From: Burkholderiales bacterium
GTDB lineage: Bacteria; Pseudomonadota; Gammaproteobacteria; Burkholderiales; SG8-39
DNA: 64,000 bases
Assembly: GCA_046347635.1 (NCBI GenBank)
Contig: JAXMFT010000005.1
Location: 513 to 64,512, forward strand
Direction: 5' to 3'
Shown here: piece after piece, positions 27,568-38,223 of the stretch
Position numbering within the stretch: position 1 is the stretch's first letter
How the letters are laid out: each line of letters starts with the position of its first letter
Position numbers and translations under genes: made by a program
The notes under the pieces: model-generated
Databases searched by the model: none
What the model saw: the letters and a program-made list of their open reading frames with translations, nothing else
What the model was told of the DNA's origin: nothing

Positions 27568-27721
27568 GCCACCTGAGAAAGTTGGCGACAGGTGCCTTGA
27601 GTGCGCGCAGCATCAGGGTTGAGCCGGATTCGGACGAAACGATTGCATCAGCCGAACGAGCCGACTGCGCCTACAACAGAAAATCCGCGACGTGCGGCTC
27701 CGCGACCAACCCAGCGCGGCT

Positions 27722-29032
27722 CTACTCAAAAGTAAAGCAAGGCGTGCGGCGGCTCATGCTCGAACGTGTTTGCTGATCACTTGGTCGAAGGTCGCGCCCG
27801 AAGTCCACGTAGGCGCGGGCGCAAGAGTCCCAGTCGAAGCGGGCTCGAACAAGCGCCTGCGCGCGATCAGCCATCGCCTTACCGGCGTTCGGATTGGCAA
27901 GCACCGCGTTGATCGCGATCGCCAGCGCCTCTGTATCTTCGTCGACTAGCACTCCTGTTACCTCCGAAGATATCACCCTCGTCACCGGAAGTCCGGATGC
28001 GCTTTCCATCTGGCCGTAACGCGATACAGCACCCCTGCGGACATCGCTTCGAGCAGGCAGTTTGCAATGGTTTCGTACAGAGAAGGCAAGACAAACACGT
28101 CCGCAGCGGCGAGGTACGGCGCTACATCGTCTTTGTGACCCAGGAATCGAACACGTCCGAATATGTTGAGCTGACGAGCGAGGTCCTCCAGAGTGTTGCG
28201 CTCCTCGCCCTCACCAACGATGAGCAGGATCGGCGTGGCGTGGGTCGTATTACGCGGCAAACGCGTGCAGCAGGAGCGCTAGGTTCTTCACGGTTGAGAG
28301 CCGGCCAACGAATGCGACCGCCTGTGCGCCAGGCGGCCTCCGATCTCGTCCATGACCGGGCTGGGGACGCTCGCGTTGGCGTAGTGCGCGAAATCGACGC
28401 CGTTAGGAATGATGCGGATCTTTTCCTGACCGATGCCATACCACCTGACGAGTTCGTCGAGGATCAGCCGCGATTTGACGATCAGGCCATCGCTCGACCC
28501 CATGCACGACGGTTCAACTCGGTCGTCCTGGAAACGCGCAAGCCTGGAAAGGAGTCCGCGTCGTCCTGTGCCCTGATCGCCGGGCCGGGCAAGCAGGGTG
28601 AATGCCAGGGCTAGCTCGGTCGCCCGCCCGGGTGCCTTCCACCCGGCAGATTACAGGCACCCCACGCGCCACGCGCTTCATTACGAACACGAACTCCGGG
28701 TCGATACAGAAATTCAGAGCGCATCCGTGAATGACCGGTCCGATGACGCGATGGGAGAGGAAGGCTTCAACGGTACCGCGGATCGGCCACAGCCGATCCG
28801 ACAACCAGTGCCGCGGGTAGTAGGTCACACGGGTTCCGTCGATGAAGCTGGATTCGATCCGCGAGCCACCACGTTGCGCGCAAGGATCCGCACCAGCGCC
28901 CGCCTGGATCATCGAAGCCGTGATGTGTCGTGTATCTCGCGCTCCGCCGCTGCCTTTGACGATGTCGGGGTAGTGTTCGTTCTGCCAGATGATCACTTCG
29001 CCAGACACAGGCAAGCCCCGTATAACAGCCAT
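27722..29032 (-). pseudogene. GT4 glycosyltransferase B, frame-broken (at least 3 switches)
   Basis: Pieces in ORFs 28288..28503 (QEKIRIIPNGVDFAHY), 27982..28260 (ILLIVGEGEERNTLEDLARQLNIFGRVRFLGHKDDVAPYLAAADVFVLPSLYETIANCLLEAMSAG) and 27722..28009 (VTGVLVDEDTEALAIAINAVLANPNAGKAMADRAQALVRARFDWDSCARAYV). Confidence 0.6.
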
Positions 29033-29328
29033 AGGTCGGAGCCGGACCGCATGGGCAGGCGGGTGCGTGCTCCGGATTCTTCGTTCGGCGTTGCCGCGGG
29101 GTTCGGCTGGTGATCGCGCGTTGCGTGGCCGAGAATGCTATCAGCGTTGCGTCGGCGTGACAAGTGTGACGCCATACACTGCGCACGTCGATTTGACACA
29201 GTACTGTCAAGGTAGTGCCTCCGCCTTAATGCACAATGCCCACGGCCGGCACGAAGCAGATCTCCGTGTGAATGAGCCCGAATGCGCCCTGCCGGGCGCT
29301 GAGCGCAGCCGTGCGTACATCTGCCCAT

Positions 29329-30002
29329 ATGGACAAATCCTCATTCGAAGACCAATGGCGCCGACGTTTTGACGAGTTTGCTGAAACTCGCGACCTGATG
29401 CGTCGATTGCAGGCTGGTCCGAAACCGGGCCGATGCACGTGTGAGGGCGTTCGTTCGATCGTGGACCGGTCGCCCGCAAGGGGAACGCTGGCTCGATCTG
29501 GGTTGCGGGGGCAGGTACCTATACCCGGCTCCCTTCGGAGCAAACGCTCGACGTGATCGGGGTGGACTACTCACCGCGCTCATTAGAAAAGGCTAAGTCG
29601 AGGAGCAATGCCGCCATCCAATGGCCCGCAGACGCCAGATCCTTGCCGTTCGGTAACGAATCGTTCGATGGTCTGCTCTGTTTCGGTGTGACGCAGGCAC
29701 TTCCTGAAACACTCCCTGTGGTCGCTGAGGCAGCGCGCGCTACGGCCCGGTGGCGAACTTTGATCGATGCCTTGAATGGTGCGTGTCTCGCGAACGTCGC
29801 ATCCGTCCTGAAACGGCGACTCACGCATCTGCCGAGCCACCTCCGCTACGAGCGCGTCGGCCAAGTTAAACGTGCCCTGAGACAAGCAGGGTTCAGCCAA
29901 CCAAGCGTCGCTTGCCTCGCCAGCGCCGACCCGGTTGCGTATGTTGCAGAAGCTGTTCGAGTCACGAGCGAGCGAAGCGGTTCTCCGAAATTGCCCCCGT
30001 AA
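29329..30002 (+). pseudogene. Methyltransferase (type 11-like), frame-broken (at least 2 switches)
   Basis: MDKSSFEDQWRRRFDEFAE in one frame, WLDLGCGG (motif I) in another, VIGVDYSPRSLEKAKSRSNAAIQWPADARSLPFGNESFDGLLCFGVTQAL in ORF 29553..30002. Confidence 0.55.
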
Positions 30003-30219
30003 AGTCAGTGATTAGCCACTCGTTCATCGTCCGTCGCCAGCGCCCGACAGTGGACTCGCGTCGACAACCGGCCAGCAACGAGCGCGTCTCCGGTAGTGGG
30101 GATCGGCGCGGCTTCGCGTCCCGTCGTCCCGCGAGCGGACAGCGCCGGGAGTCTTATGCTATCGTCATACTCTCAGGGCATTGATCCTCTGCGCTCCGCA
30201 CCCGTCCGAGGGAAGCCAG

Positions 30220-31458
30220 ATGCACGCATTCCATAGCCTGTCGCACGTCCCCGCTGCGGCCTGCGCGGCTCTGCTCGCAGGCTGCCTTGGCGACTCTGGC
30301 TCAAGCGATGCGACCGCAGGGCAATCTGGCGCGGACGCAGGCTCCCCCCAATCACACGCCCTGGTGGCAATGCCGGGGTCCGCGTTTGCCTCGGATGCCT
30401 CAAACCTGGGGCGATGACAGCAGTAGCCGCCAAGGCTGCGCCACCCTCAAGCAACGGCGTCCCCGCAGCCGCAACCGTCGCCCTAGCACCTCTGGCCGCC
30501 GCGCGACCCACCCCCATAGACGTACAGAATCTGCCGCTGCGGACCTGGGTTGCGAGGCGATACACGACACCCAACGCACCGGCTGCGGGGATCAGCGGTC
30601 GCGGTGGCGGGTCGAAGCATGTGCGAATCGCTCAGAACCTCGACAACGGCAGGCTCTACTTCCTGGGTGGCGATTACTCGTCCAACCCGGGCGACGGGTC
30701 GTTCGTAAACGGCGTGCGGTCCTACGACTTGCCGAGCGACCGATGGATCATGGACTTCCCTACTGCGGTCGACGTGGCGAGGTCTATGCCGCACGCCCAG
30801 ATGAAGTTGGTTGGGTATGGGACAGCCGCCGCAAAGTTTTCTGGGTGTTGCCCGGATTCTTCGGGCTGAATCAGTCGGGACCCGGCGCGCCCGTGGTGCC
30901 GGCCCCCAGGTGGGCATACCTACCGCCAAGATCATGACGTACGATCCGCAGATCATCGCTGGTCTGACCCGGGCGCGGTTCGAGCCGGTCCCGCGCGGGA
31001 CCGAGCTAAGCAAGTTTGCGGTGTGGCCGACGCGTCAACGGACAGCATCTGGCGTGTTAGGTACGAAGGCTGTGGTCGCGGAACTATCAACTGCTGGCTT
31101 CGCGGGCGAGAACCGCTGGGAGGAATTCTCGGCACCAGCAGTGGACGGGACCTACATCAATAGTGCCCATCTCGACAAGGAGTACATCGCGCTTGATTCG
31201 GTGGGTCGTCAGATCTACGTCATCGACCCTAACGGCTATCGGTTATTCCGCCTAGACATGCGGACCCGGAAAGTCCAGATCTTGGCGCCTCCTCCGGATT
31301 TCCCAGCCGCCCGAACGGGTCGACGACAGGGTATGACGGTCATCGTGTGGAATAGCGTTAGCAACGTCCTTCACTACCTGCGTCAAGCGGATTCAAGGGG
31401 AGCATTTGCGCCTGCTACGTACCGGCCCGACGTAGATCGTTGGAGTTGGATCCGATGA
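30220..31458 (+). pseudogene. Lipoprotein with Kelch/beta-propeller-like repeats, frame-broken (3 switches)
   Basis: MHAFHSLSHVPAAACAALLAGC (lipobox). KHVRIAQNLDNGRLYFLGGDYSSNPGDGSFVNGVRSYDLPSDRW | EVYAARPDEVGWVWDSRRKVFWVLPGFFG | MTYDPQIIAGL...GRQIYVIDPNGYRLFRLDMRTRKVQIL... in successive frames. Confidence 0.5.
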
Positions 31459-31559
31459 GCCAGCCCGACGGGCTGGTCCGTTCCAGGTAACGCTGCAGCC
31501 TCGATGCGCTTCACAACGTACTCTTTGTCTCAGGCGGCCTCGGTCCTACAGCCGATGTC

Positions 31560-32713
31560 GACGAGCGTGTCGTGACTCACTACTTTGTTTAGCCGCTATG
31601 GCGGAAGCGGGAACGACTACCGCATCCGCCCAGATAGTGCGCAGCCTCCAACGAGACAACCCATCGTACTCGCAGCCGCCACATCGCTGCCGATGCCCGT
31701 TTCTGCTGGGCAATGGCAGGCCCTTCCCTAGGACCCCGCCGGGTACGCATACGGATTCGCCCGCGGCCATTGGGCATCGCGGATCAACAAGGCAACTTTT
31801 TTCGGAAATAGTCACAACCCGCTGGGCGACAACTCGATTCGCGCGTTCGATCCCACAACCAGGACGTGGGAGTATCTCTGACGAACAACCACGCGGTCGG
31901 CCTTCAGAACTGCGACAACTTCGCGTCCTTCTACGTCCCGAGAATGGGGGCTGCCGGCGAGCTATGGGTCGCCGGCGGCTCGGGGCTCGAAACATATCAG
32001 GCGCGTGCGAACGCCGGCGTTTCGCGCCGGCCGGTTTGACATCGCGGACGCGTCGGTGGGTCGCAACATCGACCGACAAGTTCTCGGCGTGGTCCGGGGT
32101 CGTGGCAAACGAGATCAGGTTCCTTGCGGATCCGGCGATGGCCTGGTGCGATGCGCTCGACATGTGGGTGTGTCATTCGGAGGTGCCGCCGAGGGGAATG
32201 CGAGTTGATCACCAGTACGCCATCGAGCGTAACCCGACAGGCCCTCAACCCTATCGTGCGGTCGAGTTCAGCGGGCCGCGGCCCCCTCCGAGAACGCAGG
32301 CGACGAATCTGGGGGTTTGTGACAGCAACGCCTTTTATGTCTACGGCGGCCTGTATCAGGTACCCCATCCCCCGGGGACAATGGTTATAGGGCCTGGAAT
32401 GATCTATGGCGCTTCGATCTCCGTCGCCGAGAGTGGCAACAGTTGCCGTCCGGCGGGCACCCTGCGGTAAATCAGAATGTCACTTTTGACCGCGCGAAGA
32501 ATGCAATCGTCGTTTTTATGGCTCAAAGCTGGTTCTGCAATCTGGGCGTATTACCCTGAGACCCAAACATGGGCAAACGTATCTCCGCCCAACGTGCCGG
32601 AGAACTACAACGGAACCGGCATTTACGCGCCCACCACGAACGTACACCTTTACTTCGGCGGCGCAAACAACACAATCGCGAGTTACTTGAGCGCGGCGTT
32701 TCAGCTCAGGTAA
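31560..32713 (+). pseudogene. Second Kelch/beta-propeller-like protein, heavily frame-broken; start uncertain
   Basis: GDNSIRAFDPTTRTWEYL; ELWVAGGSGLETY; SNAFYVYGGLY; NDLWRFDLRRREWQQLPSGG; IWAYYPETQTWANVSPPNVPENYNGTGIYAPTTNVHLYFGGANN. These are spread over all three plus frames. Confidence 0.4.
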
Positions 32714-34476
32714 GGCGTCCCTGCGCCGTATTTCGGCGTGTCGACTGCCATTCGACGAGTCCATGGAAATCAGGAGATCGTGAAGCTCCTCCAAGGACTT
32801 GTCCCGCGGCAACGCCAGTATTTGCCGTCGCAGTGGAGCGCGACCTCTGTTGCGCTTCTCCGTGATGGGATCATTAAAGTACCTACGGAATCCAGCAACA
32901 ACGTCGAAAGAAATGCGATATCGAGTTGTTGTAGCCGATCTAGCCTCGTTGTCCGGAGCGTAAAATTCCTTGGCGGCGATCACGAAGTAGTGTGTCCTTC
33001 AAGTCTTCGTGCCCTTCGTCGTGGGCGTTGTCCTTTGTGGGAGTGCACGCGTTGGTGATCGACGGATGATGGTCTCCAAAATGCACGAACACGGCCGGGC
33101 GTCCGGGAAAGTGCGCCTCGCGGTTGGTCTCTAGCCACGCGAACGCCTCAGCACTTTCGTTCAGTCGGGACAGGAATTCCGCGAATGGAGGCATGGATTC
33201 CGGCGGAATCTTGGTCGGATCCAAGGCACGTTCTAGTTCCGCTGTTTGCTTGGAGCCCACATGCGGCCCGTGCTGATTGATGGTCAGCGCAAGGACGAAC
33301 AAAGTGGTTGCGGTTTGAGTCGGGTCGATGGCGTTGTAGCGCGTCGAGCACGACCTTGAAATCTCCTCGTCCCGAGTACGCCAATCCCATCGCCGGGGAG
33401 GATCGAGCGCATGGCTTTCGGTCGATGAACACCTCGGAAGCCGATGCTTTCGTGGGGAACTGCCGCGCGTTGACGAAGTTGCCCGAGTTCGGATAGACGG
33501 CGAGCGTGCGATATCCGGCCGCGCAGCCGGTTCGGCAGGCTATGGAAATCTTCGTCCTTTCAGCAGGAACGGAGCGTAATAGCCGCCTGGGCCGAAGTTG
33601 AGATGCGGGATTCCTGTCAGAAGCGCCGAATTCGGCGAGCCAGGTCGCGCCACCGAACGTATGAACTCGCAGCTTCCCGATTTCGAGTGCGACGGCGAGA
33701 AGAACTCGTCCAGTCGCGCTTTGCGTTCTCGGTCCGCGATGAATGGACGAATGTCGAAAGTCGATTCCTCCAGCACGATGATGATGTCGGGCAGCGTCTG
33801 CCGCGCATGCGCTCTAATTGAAGGTGACTGCACCAGGGGCCGCGGCGGGCATCTGCCGCGCAGGCGCCAAGTGTGGTGCTGGTATTCGCCGATGCCACGT
33901 ACGAAAGTTGCGACTTTGTGGTTCCAGGAGATTAGATCCATCATCCCCATAGCGCTCAAACTCTGCGCATTCCCGGCATATGCAGCAAGGGCGACCGCGA
34001 CTCCTGTAACCGTCACCGACCATCGGTATGGTCCACGGGGCTCGAGTCGCCACACCAGATACCCGAGCCCCAGCATTGGCAAGACGAATCCCGTGACTGC
34101 CAGCAGAATTCGATGATCGTTAAGGAGCAGTTCCACAAAATTCTCACGCAGCATGTAAACCAGATCCCAGGAACAGGAATGGCACACCCATGAAGTGCAG
34201 CTTGATACGCGAGATTGCAAACACGCTGATTGGAACGACAATGCCCGATGCCAGGGAAAGAAATGGTCGCCTGGGTGGAGGACAAACCAGTGGAAGCCAA
34301 CGGCTGCGACCGATTGACGCGAGCTGGCAGTTGACTGTCTCACCTTCCAGTCTCAAGATCGCGAGCAGCATCGCCGCAACAATGCATGCGGAGGAGCGAT
34401 GAAACGATCGGCTCATCTGAGTCCGCGCTACCCAGTATTCAGCCTTTTCAGGCCAGACGGCTCCAGATCTGCGCAC
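32706..34476 (-). pseudogene. Membrane-anchored sulfatase / phosphoglycerol(ethanolamine)-transferase-like enzyme (alkaline-phosphatase superfamily), frame-broken
   Basis: Hydrophobic N-terminal pieces (ORFs 34144..34476 and 33540..34343), LPDIIIVLEESTFDIRPF, GRPAVFVHFGDHHPS (ORF 32940..33302). Probable stop TGA 32708..32706 in yet another frame. Confidence 0.5.
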
Positions 34477-34699
34477 GCAGTGCCGTACCGGCTGGAGTCA
34501 AGGCACTGTTCCTGACCATCGCAGAACAACCGGCTCTGCGTGACCGCCGTCATCAACCCGATCGGCAGCCGATAACGGGATCGAGCGCGACCATCCCTTC
34601 GACTCTACTGGTGAAGAAGGACCAGTCCGCCGAGACGCCCTTTCTCAGTCCGGCTCTGCGATTACTCAGTCCAGTCGCATGATCTGGCCGCCAGGAGTA

Positions 34700-35730
34700 G
34701 ACACAATCAAGAACGCGACCTCAATCCAATCGCATACCACCCCCATACGCGTTCGCAAGACGAGTAAACGGTGGCCGCATCATCCCGTGGATCGCGAAGA
34801 GCGGGAGCGATATGGCGCCGCAGAAAGTATCCCCCTGTCACCGTCGGCCGTTCTTGTTCCGCTCCCGCAGAGACCGAAGTCCCGACACCAGCAGTAGAGT
34901 CACGCAGACTGGCGCGAGATACCAGAGCGCCTCAACCGCCAGTTTCCCGCAACGAAGAGGCCGCCAGCGCCACGAGCGCCCACGGCGACAACTGCGGTAG
35001 TCCTCGCCGAGCCACATAGATGCCGAGGCAAAGCACCGGGAAGATGGCCAATCACCGTGAAATACAGGTTGAGCGCATGCGTCTCCAGAAACGGATTGAG
35101 CACCGCTTACAAACCAAGCCCTAGGACGCCGACTTCCGTGATTAGAACGCCGTCCCCATAGCGGGTAACGGAGGCGATTGAGTTAGGGGAAACACGGCGT
35201 AGAACTGAAACACGAACGAAAAGAACCACCACGGTCCCACCAGCAAGAGTTGCATGCCGGGTACACGTTTGCGAGCAAGCTGAGCCGAAGCAAGTAGGCC
35301 TTGAGCGTCCAGGAAAAGCCAGTCCCGCTGGCGCTACAAAAGGAGCGCATGCGCAACGACCAGACGACGAAGATGAGGTAGACCTTCGCAACCCGGTCGA
35401 GCATGAACCGCCCATCGCAAGCTGCCGAAGTTCCCGTGCGATCTGGAAGGGCTTCGTACGCGCCCACAGGAGACGAAGACCTGCACGCCGTAGTGCCCGA
35501 AGTACGAGTAGGCGGTTGGGCACCGAGCGGCTGCTCCCCGACCTGCTGCAGTAACCGTACCGTTATCTCGCGGCTGAAGTCGAACTCGTTCACCCCGGGA
35601 CTGGGGTTGACCCAGTGAAAGTAGTTGTGCAGGACGATCAGCAGGATCCCGACGCCCTTGAAGAACTGCTGGTTTCCTCTCGAATTGAGTAGAACCTGGA
35701 GCGGATCGTCCAACCTGGCCCAGGCCGCCT
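34700..35730 (-). pseudogene. Acyltransferase-3 (membrane O-acyltransferase) family remnant; boundaries approximate
   Basis: ORF 35183..36022 contains NQQFFKGVGILLIVLHNYFHWV and RFMLDRVAKVYLIFVVWSL. Downstream hydrophobic segments (e.g. LNPFLETHALNLYFTVIGH, ORF 34900..35103) are in other frames. Confidence 0.4.
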
Positions 35731-35954
35731 TCAGCAGGCTGCGTGGCCTACGCCGCCTGCTCGCAGTATGGAGGCCCCCCCAAGAAGTTGGGTATCTGGG
35801 CTCATATTGCCGCACGGCCCGTCGTTCCACCCGGATTTCCGCAGCCCTGGGAGAACCGGGAGCGCTGGCGCCCTGTTCGACATCGATTCCCGGATGCCCC
35901 CAGCAGGACAAGGGGCCGCGGGAGTGTGCGACTGGTCGTTGGTCTGTTCCAACC

Positions 35955-37924
35955 ATGATTGGCTCCGGACCGCCCACCAACCGCGCATGGCGCGAAGCGC
36001 TGCTGCCCGTACTATTCACCATTTCTGCTACCAGCGCTCAGCGTACCAGGTCTGCTGGCAGCGCGTGCTGTTCGGCGCCTTCGAGTGGACATCGAGGCCG
36101 ACGCGATCACCGTTTCGACGTTCATGCTCGGTTTGGGATGCGGCGCGCCTACAGGCGTCGCCCTGCGGATCGATTCAGCAACCTGATTATCGAGGTGTTC
36201 GTCGCGTGCGAGATCGGGATCGGACCTTCGGACTGGTCAGCCCGTGGGCGTTTTCGGCGGCTACAACCAGTTTGCCGGCCTCTCCGGTCTGGGTCGTGGT
36301 GCGCACCGTCAACTTTCTTCTCGTACTGGTGCCTGCCATGCCCTCATGGGCAGCACCCTGCCGATGCTGGTTGCACACCTCTACCAATCACTGGGCAACG
36401 TCGGTGTGTCAATCGGCCGCCTATACCAGGCGAACACCCTCGGCGCAGCGGCGCGCGCTCGGCGCGGGCGTTGTGCTCTTCATGGTGCTGACGCCTGATC
36501 GCGTGATTCAGATAGCCGTACTGGCAACTTTAAGGTCGCCCTGCTCAGCCTGCAAGGACGACCGCGTCGAGGTCTGAATGATCTGTTTCCCGCGCTTCCT
36601 GTCGTTCGCGATGGGGCTTCCTTGAGCCTGGCGCCGAGATTCTCTGGATCGACTCGGCGGCTTCGCCTACAAGGGGATACCTCAACTTCGCCTTCGTGCT
36701 GGCTACGCACCGGGGATCATGCTCGGGGCTGCCGCTTGAAAACGGTACTGTCGCGAGCCGGGGTCAACCTGCTTCACGTCAGCGGATGGATTCTCCTTCT
36801 CTTGGCCGGCTTGGCTGACTTTGCCAAGGCCCTGGATATTCGCATGGTCGTTAGCTGGAGGCTGGCTCGCAGGTTTGGTTGCGCTCGGGATCGCACTGGC
36901 GTCTACGGCATTCAAGAGCGCCGCTTCCGGATCGCCCATCATCTCGGCTTCGTCGGCCGCGGGCGTATTTGAACCTCCGTGTCCAAGGTCTACTTTGCGA
37001 ACATCGTGGGCTCGACGCTGACCTTGTCGGCTTCATCCTGATGAACAGTCGGCGGTGCAGGACTGCCTGGTCTTGATGGCGGTGATGACGCCCGCCGTAT
37101 CGGCACCCTGCCGCATGAAATACCGGATTAGCCTGGTGAAAGCGCGTTGGCCAGCGGTGGGAAGGCACGCCCTGTTCTATGCCCAACCTGCTCGTCCGTC
37201 AGATCGCCTGCCTGACCAACGATAGCCGTCCGACAATCGAGACGGTCATCGAAAACCGCTCCGGCATCATCCATACATGTTCCACGCGCGAGGCGAGATG
37301 ATCAGGTCTACGAGGCAACACATGACGGCAGTGACAATACCGACATTGCACTGGACATGAACGGGATCAGCAGAACGGTCTCGCCGCAGCATATCCGCAG
37401 CCGCGACGCGTCTCGACTGGATTGAGTGGGGGTGCGTGGTTGCGGTACTCCTGGACCGGACGCTGCGTGAGCGTCGAATGTGGAGACCGAATGGAGGCCA
37501 AGCATCGAGCCTATTCAGATCGCTCGCCAAGTCGCCTCCGGGACCTACTTGGCGATCCCCGAGTAGTCATTCACATCGACGACGGGCGACGGTGGCTGAA
37601 ACGGCATACGGACGCGCGGTACGATGTCATCGTCATGAATACCACCTTTCACTGGCGCGCTTACTCGAGCCTGTTGTTGAGTCGAGATTTCCTGGAACTG
37701 CGCGCAGCCATCTCAACGATGGCGGAGTCATTGCATTCAATGCGACAGGATCCATCGACGCATTCAAGACGGCGTCGGGTGTCTTTCCGTACGTCTACTG
37801 TTTTCGCAACTTCGTATTCGCAAGTAATCGGGATCTCACCCTCAGTTCTCATCGGTACCAAGCCGTGATCGCGATGAACTGGAGCGGGTCACCTCTCGTG
37901 GATCAGTCGAAGGCCGGTGAATGA
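35955..37924 (+). pseudogene. Fused MFS-like membrane domain / spermidine-synthase-like methyltransferase-fold protein, frame-broken (at least 5 switches)
   Basis: LLPVLFTIS | YQVCWQRVLFGAF | ITVSTFMLGLGCGA in three frames at the 5' end. DPRVVIHIDDGRRWLKRHTDARYDVIVMNTTFHWRAYSSLLLSRDFLEL (ORF 37422..37868) | HLNDGGVIAFNATGSIDAFKTASGVFPYVY (ORF 37436..37924) at the 3' end. Confidence 0.5.
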
Positions 37925-38223
37925 TAGGCTCAGCGAGCTTGCGACCGGTGTCGTTCAGTTTGATGAGAGAGCGTGAGTCGCAACGCATGGGGCGACCAGG
38001 CCATGACTATCATGGCGGCACATGATTACGGGGAGTATCGCTACGGTGTCTTCTACCAAGGGCTGTTCGTGAAAGGTTGGCCGTGATCCGCAAGAGCGCA
38101 TGACGACTCGATACGCGTGATGCCGTATAGCTAACGGTTCAAGAAGGTGTGATCGGTGCGTGCCCCGAGGCGACTCGAGGACTTGGCACCTTGATCGTAC
38201 CAACTCCTGAATCAGGATGGCTG

